DNA of 64,000 nt. It comes from Octopus sinensis. Lineage: Eukaryota. The translations under genes and the position numbers were made by a program. The DNA is taken from assembly GCF_006345805.1 (NCBI RefSeq), contig NC_042997.1, forward strand, positions 185,876,001-185,940,000, read 5' to 3'. The notes under the pieces were generated by a model. It was not told the DNA's origin and made no database searches. It was given only the letters and a program-made list of their open reading frames with translations. Positions 11,831 through 25,560 of this stretch are shown piece by piece (position 1 is the stretch's first letter; each line of letters opens with the position of its first letter).

Positions 11831-12631
11831 TACTGCTAATAAATGCATTAAACAATATTTCTTACAACTTGGATATTGTGTGATGTGTTCTGTATATCAT
11901 TATTTGACTTAAAAGAAACAACCTATCAAAACCTAGTATTTGTGCTTTTAACTGTATAATAGCTCTGGAGAGCATCAATCGCACTACCTTTTGTAACCAA
12001 AAGATCGCCAAACGCCCATGGTTACTTTAGTTATAATTGCAAATGCTGTGTTAATAATGCTTTCGTGTTTTTTTGTTTTTTATTTTTAGATTCCTTACTG
12101 AGTGTATTGCAGTTGTGGTTTATATCATCGTAGTCGTAGTAAACACCATTGTTATTGTTGCTGCTGCTATCATTGTTGATGCTACTGTTACTGTGATTGA
12201 TGTTGTTTGTTTATCCCGTGTAACAAGACTTCAACACTGTGTTGTTCTCACGATGACACCAGTTAAATTGGTTGGAATAACTACGTCTCAAACACAGACG
12301 CTATTTTCTTCCACTCTTGGTACGTCTTAGACATCTGGAATGTTTCATTATACTGAAATGTTAAAACATTTAAATAGGGTACATTTGTATGGACTTGAAT
12401 GTCTGTCTGTCTGTCAGTCTGTCTGTCTGTTTGTCTGTTTTCTGACAGTAGCACACACTTTTGTCTCTTTCTTATTTTCTCTTTCTTTCGCACAAATATT
12501 CTTTCTCTCTCTTACACTCTCTCCCTTCTCTATCTATCCCTACCAAGTAAAAAAAAAACGATAAACGTCGCCCTTTTCAAGCCTAGCGAGGCTCATGGGC
12601 CCGGTTTCCCGGTTTCTGTGGCGTAATGGGA

Positions 12632-12930
12632 AGACAACTGGAAGAGATATAACAGTTGAATACTAGTAAACTAGTAAAAGACTGATCTTCAACTATATCT
12701 ATACTCAAAAGTATTATTAAAGGCCAGATTCACATTACCAAATTGGCTTGCTACATCACAGACAGATCTTTTAACCAAGAACGACACAATTGTGTAGGCT
12801 AAAAGGTATAGATCAATTGCTTGTCTAAACATTATGGATAAGGTCTACAGAAGGCGTTTAAAAACAATTCCTGTGAATCCAAAAACAAACATAGTGACCG
12901 ATGGTCAGGCAGATAGAATGGAAGAGTTTG
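12632..12930 (+). pseudogene. R4/Dong-like non-LTR retrotransposon RT fragment (domains 0-2)
   Basis: LPNWLATSQTDLLTKNDTIV*AKRYRSIACLNIMDKVY matches PxWLxxGxTxLLPKxxxTxxxxNYRPIACLNxxYK; contains stops. Confidence 0.75.
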
Positions 12931-14269
12931 TCAGTGTCTGTCGTCTCCCAGTGTCTGTGGTTTCTTGTGTGCATTCTGAACAATTTTATCTGCTTCAAGC
13001 TTCTCTTATTTCGAGAGATGGTAGGTCGAATAAAAAATTCTGTTAAAAATTAACTACGAAACTGTTTTGCAGTTTTAACTGTATTTTCAAACTTCCAGCA
13101 GTAATTTAGGAAAACTTTCCCTAACACAAGATTTACTCTTTATTATTTTTAATAGATTAAATCTAAAAAGAGAAATGAAAATTGAGTTATCAGGTGTTAA
13201 AATGAGTGTACGTGTTTTGTAACACCTTATATACCTATGTGTGTGTGCGCGCATATGTGTGTGCAAATGTGTGTCTATACATATGGTTACATACGTATTA
13301 GTATATTCACGCTTGTATGCGTGTCTGCGTGTCAGAATTTGTGAGCAAGCATGTATGTATGTGAAATGTTTGCGTGTTTCGGTGCGTTTCTTCCATAAGG
13401 CACGTCTCCGAAATATTATCCATTAGTGCATTAAAAAGCTATCCAACGCCTAACTTGCTAAAAAGCAGACATGATGAAGATGACGACGACGACGACAACG
13501 ACTACGACGATGGTGATTATCAGGTGCAAAAGAATGGCGGAACCCAGAAAGATGAGCTCTGAAGAATGATGAGAAAGAAAAAAAAATTGGCAGCCCTTGC
13601 TTATGATAATCATAATATTTGGTAAGACCTTGTCATGCCCATCTTATTGTTATTGTGTTTTTTATTTTTATTCTTGTTTAGAGCAGCCCCGAATAATTAA
13701 GTCTGTAATGAATAATTTGATCGACTTGTCCTATTTTTCGAGAGCAGACTACACCGTAATTAATTAACTATTATTATTTGGAAATATTTCTGCCGAAATT
13801 TTCAACGTGTTTGAAACAGTTGTCCCTAATTATACAGTAAACATACAAATATGTATTCATACTAGCATACATACATACATGTCTAGACATGCAACTAAAT
13901 CCGTGAGAATACATACATAAAACAAAACATACAAATTGGCATACATACATGCAGACAGGCAGGCAGGCAGACAAAAACACCCTATTGATGTTATTGAAAT
14001 TGCAATGAAGGAGTCTTGAATCTATATTAGAAACCGGCTCTTTATTGGCAAGAGATCTTGAAATAAGACTGAGTAATGACATACATACATGCATTTATAC
14101 AAGCATGCATATATACATGCGTACGTACATACATACATACATACATACATAAATACATACATACATACAACACAAACTTATACATATGTATATATATTCC
14201 ACTAGCGAAACGTGAATTTCTTAACTTAAACGTTGCATCTATATATGCGTATGTATGTATGTATGTATG

Positions 14270-14303
<34 letters not shown>

Positions 14304-14514
14304 TGTATGTATGTATGTATGTATGTATGTATGTATGTATGTATGTATGTATGTATGTGTGTTTATGTGTGTACATGTGTGTGTCTATATGTGCATGCAT
14401 GTATGTATGTAAATGTTTTTTTTTTCTAGTTTCAGCTCAGAGCTGCGGCCATGATGATGCACCGCCGTTATTATATATTATATATTATATACATGTACGT
14501 ATATTTATTTATCT

Positions 14515-14728
14515 ACCACCGTGATTACCGTGACCGACCAGGCTATCAGAAGAAAGAGTGAGAGAAATTTGCGGTGAAAGAGTACAGCAGAGATCGCCAC
14601 CACTCCCTACCGGAGCCTCGTGAAAATTTTGGGTGTTTTCGCTCAATAAACACTCACAACGCCCGGTCTGGGAATTGAAGCTGCGATCTTACAACCGCTA
14701 GTCCGCTGCCCTAGCCACAGGGCCATGA
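14515..14728 (-). mobile_element. SINE family C copy
   Basis: The reverse complement has a tRNA-like head (TGGCCCTGTGGCTAGGGCAGCGGACTAGCGG...TTCAATTCCCAGACCGGGCG) shared with 25975, 32252 and 41213. Confidence 0.75.
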
Positions 14729-14790
14729 ACATATATACGCACACTCACAAATACACATTGGTAGACAGATATACGCACACACAAACACAC

Positions 14791-14840
<50 letters not shown>

Positions 14841-15445
14841 AATTGGTAGATGGATAGATGAATATATGGATGTACAGAGGGGTTTATGTATGTATATATG
14901 CTTGTGCGAGTACATATAGATGCACACACACATATACACATCTGTGCATGCACTTATGTATATGAATGTATTTATTATTTATGTATGTATTTATAAACAT
15001 ACAAACACCTCCCGTATTTGCATGTATAAGAATGAATGACAGACTTAGAAACCAAACCAACTCCCGTCCATTTTTGCGCTTTGAATTCGGTAACGTTTTT
15101 TTCATATTTTTCCATTTCAGCGCTTAGAGCAAACTGTTGTTTTAACCGTATCTTTGAAGGAAATAAAAACGTAAAAAATAATGGCAAAGATTAATAATTC
15201 AAGAATGCCAAACATGAAGATGGAAATGATGCAGAAAAGAAGATGACATTGATAGTTTGGTGCTATGAATGATGGGGACGAAACCTGTTGTGAAAGGAAG
15301 ATAGATGAGCATGTAATTATAACTGAAGGTAGAGAACATTATTTTCTCATCTTGAGGGAATTATCCAAATACATTTTGAATGAAAGACAAGAATTGTCTT
15401 ACGTCTTACCCATCCAGTAAGAATACGTAGGGTGACGCATGCATG

Positions 15446-15495
<50 letters not shown>

Positions 15496-15788
15496 CGCAA
15501 TACACACATACACATTTATACATGTATGCAAATATGCGTGTGCGTATATATTTATACATGTGTGTGTGTGTGTGGATGCATGGATGTAAATATGGACGTA
15601 TGTATCAAGCTGAGAAATTGACCATATCCTACTACTACTGCTCCTACTACTACTACTATTACAACAACAACTACTACTACCGCCACCACCGCCGCCACCC
15701 ACACAACCCCCCACCCTGCCCCCACCACCACTGCTACTACGATCACTACAGTTAATCCTCCTCACCCTCACTCTCTCTTCTCTCTCTG

Positions 15789-15864
<76 letters not shown>

Positions 15865-16084
15865 GCAGAATTATGTTCATCTACAAAATGTATATTTTAG
15901 TAGGCGTTCCGTTATGCCATATTGTTGTTGTATGTAAGTATAAAACGTCCTTTTTTTCCTGCCTGCCTCCCATTACTACAGACAAGCTTCCAAGATACTT
16001 TTAAAACTCCCCATCTAAGAATTTCAAACCTTTATGGAGTGCTTTGTAAAATATGTCTGAAGAGATCAGCGGTCAATAGCAATG

Positions 16085-16294
16085 ACAATTAATAATAATA
16101 ATAATGATGATGATAATACTACTACTACTAATAATAATAATAATAACAACAATAACAACAATAATAATAATAACAACAACAATAACAACAATAATAGTAA
16201 TAATAATAACAACAACAATAATAGTAATAATAATAACAACAACAATAATAGTAATAATAATAACAACAACAATAATAATAATAATAATAATAAA

Positions 16295-16325
<31 letters not shown>

Positions 16326-16385
16326 ACAACAATAATAATAATAATAATAATAATAATATTAATAATAATAATAATAATAATAATG
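16085..16385. repeat. (AAT/AAC)n trinucleotide microsatellite
   Basis: ~300 bp of AAT with interspersed AAC/AGT; explains the poly-N/L/I ORFs. Confidence 0.95.
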
Positions 16386-16394
16386 ATCTCTGCA

Positions 16395-16565
16395 TGCTTT
16401 CTACTGTAGGTCCAAGTCCTGAGATTTTTGGGTAAGAACCTAATCAGTTACATAGACTCCAGTCCTCAATTGGAACATATTGCATTGATCTTAAAGACAA
16501 AGTTGACCTCGGTAGAATTTGAACTAAGAATGTAAAGAGCCGCTAAGCATTTAGTCCGGTGCTCT
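16395..16565 (-). mobile_element. Degenerate SINE family A (tail type 2)
   Basis: AAAGTTGACCTCGGTAGAATTTGAACTAAGAATGTAAAG...GCTAAGCATTT matches the reverse of the A head/core. Confidence 0.65.
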
Positions 16566-16719
16566 ATGTAGAATGTAGAAACTGAAAATAGTAATTTTCT
16601 CTATAATAATAACTGTTTTCCATATAATGAAAAAATGCAACCAAATACTTAATCCTCTACTCCCTACCATGAGTTGCAAATATACACAACACGGTTGCAT
16701 AGAGTGACTTTTATACAAT

Positions 16720-17117
16720 ACTAGCAGTATCGCCCGGCGTTGCTCGGGTTTGTAAGGGAAATAACTATATAAGCATTTTTAGAGAGCTATAGCCAAAAAA
16801 TAGCAAAAAAAATGCATTAAAAATGGAAAAACAATGATGATAAATTTTTTTTTAAATCGTTGACTCATCGTAGACATTTTTAGAGAGTTACTTCCCTTAT
16901 ATAATAGCGAAAAAATGCATTAAAATGGAAAAAATGATGGTAATTTTTTTTTTAAATCGTAGACTCATCGTAGACGCGCGCTAATACCCAGAAGGGCTCG
17001 ATATGAATCACGACTAAGATACCCGGTTTTGGTTAAACTGCACCGCAAAATGTGGGAGTAGTTAGGAATCTAAATCGTAGGAGACAGACACACAACTTTA
17101 GTTTTATATATAAAGAT
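16720..17117 (+). mobile_element. Non-autonomous Helitron-like element (Lep1/DINE-type) with an internal ~100-bp tandem duplication
   Basis: Starts ACTAGCAGTATCGCCCGGCGTTGCTCGGG and ends TTTTATATATAAAGAT; two copies of TTTTAGAGAG...AAATGCATTAAAA.TGGAAAA...TAAATCGT.GACTCATCGTAGAC. Superfamily assignment is by recall of the termini. Confidence 0.6.
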
Positions 17118-17229
17118 AAATCACGAAAGCAAAACAACAACCTACACATGGTCAAACTCTCAGAGTTGGGCTCCATAATGCATTAAAAGCAAAGCAATAA
17201 AACAAGCCTACTGTAAAAATATAATATAA

Positions 17230-17780
17230 TAAACATAATATAACACGTAGGAAAGTGAAAACCTACAGAAACAATGCAAGAATAAGCAACGACTGAACAA
17301 TGGTAATGAATAAAGATTACAAGATTTAGAAGGCTCAAATATATCGGTGGGAGAACATAAATGGATTAATAGAGTAATATGAAAGTGATATAGGGCCAAA
17401 ATGCCATCATTAATAGAAATAAGGAAAAGAGCAAAATATTCTAAGCAATAAGATATGTTAATAACATTATGAAAAAGATGTAAATAAATATCACTGATAC
17501 CAATGACCTGTTATAAAGAAGAGCCATTCTTGTCTCAGAAATAGCAGATGGTGACTTGAACATAAAAGGTAAATGAATAGGGATATTGTGGAATAAAAGA
17601 GATTGGAAGGACAAGAAAACCGCATAAAAGACTTGAGACAGGCTTTTCAATTTCCGAAAAGAGATACCATAAACAAGATTTATGAAGTAATACAATTATA
17701 CAATTATGAATAACAAAAGAAAAATGATCTGAGTAACGGAATTGTTCTGAAAGGCAACAATGAAATGAAATGTCAGCTGC
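17230..17780 (+). pseudogene. R4/Dong-like LINE N-terminal (pre-RT) remnant
   Basis: INITDTNDLL*RRAILVSE and LWNKR/LEGQENRIKDL (with frameshifts) parallel NITEASNLIKAASIVVAE...PWWKRRIQAE in the 45890-47090 copy. Confidence 0.55.
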
Positions 17781-18277
17781 GGGGGGGGGGGGGGGAGAGA
17801 AATCAGAACTACGGCTCTGAGCTAACATATAGGGTGACAAACTGGAACATAAAAGAAATGCAAATTGATTATAATAGCTATGCATAGAAGGTTTTTGAAA
17901 CAAAAGAACGTCAGATCACACACATTTTAACAAAAGAAAAGAATGTGATGAAGCTACGGAGATACAAAAGAAATTTTAAGACTTTTGACTTTAAAAAAAA
18001 TTTCTCTATGTTGCTATTACCCAGGACTTTGCTCATTGCTAAACAGATGTATCATCATTGATGAGAAAAATGTTCAAATACAGGCTAACACAAAAGAAAT
18101 TAAAATCGGCAGTTACAGGCTAACATATGTGTGCTGCCCCTGTGGAATCAACAAAAACGCAGTTAGGATACATTCTTTTTTTTTACCAGAAACGAAATGT
18201 ATCTAGAGAATACGGCGAAAGATAATTTAGGCGTAAGAGAGGTGAACGATTGTATGTAGAGAGATAATTATTATATA

Positions 18278-18690
18278 TATTTCTTTACTACCCACAAGGG
18301 GCTAAGCACAGAGGGGGACAAACAAGGACAGACAAAGGGATTAAGTCGATTGCATCGATCCCAGTGCGTAACTGGTACTTAATTTATCGACTCCGAAAGG
18401 ATGAAAGGCAAAGTCGACCTCGGCGGAATTTGAACTCAGAACGTAAAGACAGACAAAATACTTATTTCTTTACTACCCACAAGGGCTAAACACAGAGAGG
18501 ACAAACAAGGACAGACAAACGGATTAAGTCGATTATATCGACCCCAGTGCGTAACTGGTACTTAATTTATCGACCCTGAAAGGATGAAAGGCAAAGTTGA
18601 CCTCGGCGGAATTTGAACCCAGAACGTAACGGCAGACGAAATACGGCTACGCATTTCGCCCGGCGTGCTAACGTTTCTGCCAGCTCGGCA
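18278..18690 (-). mobile_element. SINE A head-to-tail dimer (A1 + headless A1)
   Basis: Minus-strand junction ...GTAAAGAAATA|AGTATTTTGTCTG near 18462. Confidence 0.9.
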
Positions 18691-18903
18691 AAGGAAAGCT
18701 TGTGTGATTAAGGAGCTCAGCCCCACTGGAGGGTACACTTGACAAATGTCATCTGCTAGAGTCCCGAGACCACAAATCCATATGAGTAAATGTGGAAGAC
18801 TGAACTGTGTGGAAGCCGTTGTGTATATGTGTATATACGCGTGAGTCTTTGTGTTTGCCCCCATATTACTGCTTGACAACCGATACGGTTGTGCTCTCTC
18901 CTT

Positions 18904-19315
18904 GTGAAAGCGCATGGTTCAGTGGTTTGAGTATCGGGCTCACAATCATGACGTAATGAGTTCGATTATCGGACTGGGCTGTGTGTTGTGTTCTTGAGCA
19001 AGACACTTTGTTTCACATTGCTCCAGTTTACTCAGCTGTAGAAATGAGTCGCTACATCACTAGTGCCAAGCTGTATTGGTGCTTGCCTTTCCTTTTCTTT
19101 ACTGCTCACAAGGGGCTACACACAGAGGGGACAAACAAGGACAGACAAACGGACTTGCTTTTCCGTTGGATAACATCAGTGGCTTGGAGAGGGAAGGCCG
19201 GAATGCATAGGCGACTGCTGGTCTTCCATAAACAAACTTGCCCCGACTTGTGCCTCGGAAGAGAACTTTCTAGGTGAAATCACATGGTCATTCATGACCA
19301 AAGGGGGGTCTTTTT
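18904..19315 (+). mobile_element. SINE family E (E2 tail) with a nested 61-bp SINE-A1 tail (19093-19153, minus)
   Basis: tRNA head + TTCTTGAGCAAGACACTT CORE-like motif; the insert is flanked by CTTGCCTTTCC (19082-92) and CTTGCTTTTCC (19154-64). Confidence 0.8.
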
Positions 19316-19450
19316 TTATACTGTTGTGTCTTCTCCCTAATTTTGTGGTTCCTCAAAAGAAACGATAGAATAAGTACCAGAGCCACAAATAAGCACTGGG
19401 ATCGATTTATTACTATGTCTTCCCCCTAGCAATAAGTCTATTTTCAACCC

Positions 19451-19480
19451 TTAGCCTGATGAGCAATGCGAAACCGGTTC
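19451..19480 (+). ncRNA. Isolated minimal hammerhead core, helix I disrupted
   Basis: CTGATGA(19456-62)-GCAATGC-GAAAC-CG-GT-T; palindromic ACCGGT helix III; the flanks do not pair. Confidence 0.4.
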
Positions 19481-20668
19481 TTACTTTAATTATGTTCAAA
19501 GAACAAAATCTTATTCTGTACAAAATTATATAATATATTTATTACTATGACTCTAGCATATTCGTTAATACTGAAAAACAAATCTGTTGTTTTTCATCTT
19601 TTCTCTTTCTGTGTTTATGTGTGTTTGTGTGTGTAAATGTGTATTATGTATGTTCGTGTGTATATCTTTTTTTATTTTTTTTATTATTATATCTCTTCCA
19701 CCGAGGAGGGAGCCAGTTTCCAACATGGATACAAGGCTCCATCTTTGGGATATAGCTAACGCAGAAAAATTCACATTTGAGAAAAGTCTATGTATGTATG
19801 TATGTATGTATGTATGTATGTATGTATGTATGTATGTATGTATGCATGCATGCATGCATGCATGCATGCATGCATGCATGCATACATGTATGTATGTATA
19901 GGTTACGGGATTTCGAGCCGGTTGTGTCTCTTCTGTTAAAATTATTTCCATATCATTTAATGTAAACTAGAATTGTGGTTTATGTTTATAGAATTCAGAA
20001 ATTCAGCAAATACAATATTGATGCGTTCTGTTGTCTGCCATATCGATAAAAATTCATCGTGTGTACAAAGAACAGAACTAAATCAATGTTTCTTTTTAAG
20101 TGCAAATGATTTCCCCATCAATACAAACGAAAGAAAAACACAGAAAAATCAACAAAGAGTATGTATTCTAAAATTACAATTTGAGCGACGACAACAGAAT
20201 AGTATCTGAAGAAAATATAACTGTAGTTTCGCGCAGGTCGAATGTCAGCATATATGCTTGTTCGCTGTATATAACTACTTATATAAAGCAGATATCCAAC
20301 AATACAAAATTGAAAGACTACCTGAACTGGCACAAGGTACTGTAGCAAACTTCATATCTCATCATCTATGTTCCTAGTTACAAAGCTATAAAAGCATCAA
20401 TGAAAATTCAAAATCAATAAGATCGGTGGGAGAAGGGGTTTATGCGATGTAGCAAAATCCGAAAGGATGCTGTGAAGCCGACTGCCGTTCTGACCACCAG
20501 GTGGAGCATGCAGCTCAGTGTTCGAAAATTGTGGAGAAGAAGCATCGATAGTCTATGCTCCATTGGGTGCGAGGCCGCGAGATCTTAAATAGGTAAGCAG
20601 CAACAGACCAAATTTTATTTATCCGGCACCAACTATGATCAGCAAAATAATTTACTGTCATATACTAT

Positions 20669-21158
<490 letters not shown>

Positions 21159-22269
21159 GAGAGTGGAAAATGAAGATATTGCACCCTATTCAAATTGTCA
21201 CACTGTACTCTGTACAAGACAGTACGTTGCTATCTTGTACGTGGCCAAGGTACCCCACAGTGGTATTATAAACCCGGAACCCTATGATTGGTAAGTAACA
21301 TTTTTACCACACATCCACACATGTGCCTAAGTACATGAACATATATATTCACATAGAACGCAATAACATAAGACATCTCTTTAAAATCAGTGAAGTTTAC
21401 ACATATATGTAGGTGCAGGTAGAGCTAGGTGGTTAGGAGCGTCCCTTTTCAAGCGCTTGGTTCTAACTTCAGCCCGACTGCGCGGTATTTTGGGCAAGTA
21501 CGTTGCTCAAGTGTGCAACATAGTTAAGGGAATTCATAACTGGAGAAAGTGTATTAGCAGATACACTTAACGCGCCTCGTTGTTCAAGTGACCGACACGT
21601 GTACTATAAGATTGCTCGATCATTGCTGACGTGGAGCTAGACGGCAGCAACAACAAGATCAGGAAAAATATAAGTTCATTCTAAAAGAACTTTTACCGCT
21701 TTTCTGTCATTGAAGCGTGACTCATCGTTTCGTCTCAGCCACGCGTGTACCAACGCACACAGGATACACCGTGGCAAAAATACATAACACTAGTAAAAAG
21801 ACATACAAGTACACAGACTCACATATAACCCGACACACGTACACACACATAGCATTACATACATACATACATACATACAAAAATACATACATACATACAT
21901 ACATAATGCGGCACAACAGGCGCAGAAATATTTTTGGATAGGAGAAAAAAGTAGAGGAGAGTGAGCGTATGTACGTGTCTGGTAGGCAGAGCGTGTAGAA
22001 ATAGCTTTGACTCGTGATCTTTGTGTCAAATGTCAAAAGTAAGACATCAGCTGTTCTTTTAAGTCAACAAATGTCAACCCATTATTCCATCCAACAAACA
22101 CCGACCCCCGCGTCAGTATACCACTCATCAAGCCAATTCCATCATCTCCGCCAACACATCATCGCCTTAACACCATCACAACTTAATTCTTCACTGACTC
22201 ACTCACATATTTCAAAATTGTTCATTTTGTTTGTGGAGGGTTTGTGTAAAAGCACATAGAAGTGTTTGA

Positions 22270-22560
22270 TAGTATACATACATACATACATATATATATA
22301 TATTATATATATATATATATATATGTATAATATAGTATATATGTTCTATATGTATATATGTATATATGTAATATGTATATAATAATATATATGTATATGT
22401 ATATATGTATATATATATTATATATATAATATATGTATATATATATAATATATGTGTGGGTGTGTATGCATTTGTGTTGTGTATATATTAATAATATATA
22501 TATATATATATATGTATATTGTATATATAATATATATATATGTAATATATGATATATATG

Positions 22561-22592
<32 letters not shown>

Positions 22593-23150
22593 GTATATAT
22601 ATATTATATATGTATATATATTATATATGTATATATATGTATATATGTATATATATGTATAATGTATGAGATATATATAGATATAGGTATATATGTATAT
22701 ATGTATATATATATTTATATATATAATATATGTATATTATATATAATATAATGTGTGTGTGGGTGTGTATGCATGGTGTGTATGTGTATATATTAATAAA
22801 TATATATATATATATATATGTAATATGTATATATTATATATATATTATTGTATATATGTATATATATGTATATATATATTATATATTATATTATTATTAT
22901 GTATAATATATAGTATATATGTATATATATATTATATATATAATATATGTATATATATATAATATATGTATATATAGATAATATATATGTGTGTGGGTGT
23001 GTATGCATGTGTGTATGTGTATATATTAATAAATAAATAAATGTATATTTTATTTATTTACTAATATATATATGTATATATATACATATTCATGTATGTT
23101 TATATATGTGTGTATTTACATATATAAAACATGATTATATTTTATGTGTG
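22270..23150. repeat. Degenerate (TA)n-rich low-complexity tract with repeated TGTGGGTGTGTATGCAT blocks
   Basis: ~900 bp nearly all A/T; the block recurs near 22452, 22755 and 22990. Confidence 0.9.
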
Positions 23151-23305
23151 TATGTGTGTCGGTTGTGTGAGTGTGTCTGTTTGCATTTATGTACGTATGT
23201 GTGTTTTAATATGCGTACGCATGTGTGTATGCATGTATATTGCGGAGATATACAAAAGCGGAAAGTGTAATCAATTAATATAATACGGTTCACCTTCGGT
23301 TCCAG

Positions 23306-23428
23306 AGTTGTTGCTCATTCTATCTTTCCGACTTGTTTGCTCTGCGATCATTCAACGTTCAATCAATTGAGAGATCATGTACAGCGAGAAACACTGACGA
23401 ATATACTTACTTAGAAACATACATCCTG
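23306..23428 (+). other. Candidate orphan exon (123 nt, one open phase-0 frame)
   Basis: Acceptor TTCACCTTCGGTTCCAG|, donor CTG|GTGAGC; frame SCCSFYLSDLFALRSFNVQSIERSCTARNTDEYTYLETYIL; product not recognised. Confidence 0.25.
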
Positions 23429-23449
23429 GTGAGCTCGCATTAATTTTAT

Positions 23450-23612
23450 AGGTGCAGGAGTTGCTGTGTGGTAAGTAGCTTGCTTACCAACCACATGGTT
23501 CCGGGTTCAGTCCCACTGCATGGCATCTTGGGCAAGTGTCTTCTGCTATAGCCCCGGGCCGACCAATGCCTTGTGAGTGGATTTGGTAGACGGAAACTGA
23601 AAGAAGCCTGTC

Positions 23613-23644
<32 letters not shown>

Positions 23645-23880
23645 GTGTATGTGTGTGTGTGTGTGTGTTTGTGTGTCTGTGTTTGTCTCCCTAGCATTGC
23701 TTGACAACCGCTGCTGGTGTGTTTACGTCCCCGTAACTTAGCGGTTCGGCAAAAGAGACCGATAGAATAAGTACTGGGCTTACAAAAGAATAAGTCCCGG
23801 GGTCGAGTTGCTCGATTAAAGGTGGTGCTCCAGCATGGCCGCAGTCAAATGACTGAAACAAGTAAAAAAGTAAAAGAGTA
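23450..23880 (+). mobile_element. SINE family B, full length
   Basis: Head, CORE-like motif, (TA)n(TG)n and tail ending GTAAAAAAGTAAAAGAGTA. Confidence 0.92.
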
Positions 23881-24515
23881 TACAAACAAACATACATATA
23901 TATATATATATATACGCGCGCACGCACATGCACACCCACATACACGCACATACACACACACATATATATGTAGACGAATCAGGGACGACTGAAGAAGGGG
24001 AATATTCCTTGTGTTGTATGTCTTGTACTCTGCGGTTTTCGTTGTTTGAAAAAAAGTTCGTTTCCATATTTTTGTTTTATGATTTCGTTTCTCATTTTGT
24101 TCAACGTTTTCTTGATGTTCTGTACCCATATATGCTTATATATATATATATATTATATATATATATATATAATATAAATGTAGTTATGTACATATATGTA
24201 TGTATATATATGCATATATTTATATATTATTTACTGCTATTTCCGCCGCTGGTCATTTCCCCAACTTCAGCCAACGAATCTAGTCAACACACAAGACAGC
24301 TATTATGCACACCCCCCCCCACACAAAAAAACCACCACGTGGACTCTGTTGAGACTAGTAAGAAACAATCATGAACTTTTTTATTACACTTATATTTTTA
24401 AAATACTTTTGATAAGGTTGGTTTTTTCAAGAAAAACCGCAACATAAAAATTAAAATTTATCTTATATAGTGGCGTTTTCAAACTTCTTTATATATATAT
24501 ATATATATATATATA

Positions 24516-24571
24516 TGGTTAGGGTTCCTGGCTTTCACCCAAGCAGTTCGGGTTTGATTCCCGGCATGGGA
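24516..24571 (+). pseudogene. 5'-truncated tRNA-Glu(TTC) pseudogene
   Basis: TGGTTAGGGTTCCTGGCT-TTC(24534-36)-ACCCAAGCAGTTCGGGTTTGATTCCCGGCATGGGAA aligns with the 3' part of eukaryotic tRNA-Glu(TTC); the 5' acceptor/D-stem is replaced by (TA)n. Confidence 0.75.
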
Positions 24572-24789
24572 ACGCCTTCTTTAGGGGCAGAAGTGGGTGT
24601 GTGGTAAGTAGCTTCAGTGCTTCCCGAACCTCAGTGTTTCGGCAAAAGAAATAAATAGAATAAGTACTAGGTTTCAAGAAATAACCCTTGGTGTCGATTC
24701 ATTCGACTAAAATCTTTTGAAGGTAGTGCTCCAGCATGGCCGCAGTAAAATGACTGAAACAAGTAAAATATCAGTATAAAGTTGTCTAT

Positions 24790-25560
24790 GTGTATGCGCG
24801 TGTGTGTGTGAATTTGTGATTTTGTGCATGAGTGTGTGTGTATGTGCGTGAGTTTGTGCTTTTGTGCGTGTATGTGTGTGTGTGTGTTTGTGCTTTTGTG
24901 CGTGTGTGCGTGTGTTTGTGTGTGTGCGTTTGTGCTTTTGTGCGTGTTTGTGTGTGTTTGTGTGTGTGAGTTTGTGCTTTTGTGCATGTATGTGTGTGTG
25001 TGTTTGTGCTTTTGTGCGTGTGTGCATGTATGTGTGTGTGTGTTTGTGCTTTTGTGCGTGTTTGTGTGTGTTTGTGTGTGTGCGTTTGTGCTTTTGTGCG
25101 TGTTTGTTTGTGTGTGTGTGTGTCAGTTTGTGCAGTTGTGCATATGTGTTTGTGTGTGTGAGTTTGTGCTTTTGTACATGTGTGTGTGTGTGTGTTTATG
25201 TGTGTGTGTGTGAGTTTGTGCTTTTGTGCATGTGTGTGTGTTTGTGTGTGAGTGTGCTTTTGTACATGTGTCTGTGTGTGTGTTTATGTGTGTGTGTGTG
25301 AGTGTGCTTTTGTGCATGTGTGTGTGTTTGTTTGTTTGTGTGTGTGTCAGTTTGTGCTGTTGTGCATGTGTGTGTGTGTGTTTGTGTGTGTGTGAGTTTG
25401 TGCATGTATGTGTGTGTGAGTGTGCTTTTGTGCATGTGTGTGTGTGTGTGTGAGTTTGTACATTTGTTCATGTGTGTGTGTTTATGTGTGTGTTTGTATG
25501 TGCGTGAGCTTGTGCTTCTGTGCATGTGTGTACGCATATGCGCATGCGCCTATGCGTATG
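24790..25560. repeat. Compound minisatellite, unit ~TTTGTGCTTTTGTGCRTG(TG)n
   Basis: More than 20 copies of the TTTGTGCTTTTGTGC-like core separated by variable (TG)n. Confidence 0.9.

Noticed and set aside
20410-20592. Unique segment ending in a strong donor AG|GTAAGC
   Set aside because: No clear acceptor, and all frames have stops before the donor; cannot be supported as an exon.
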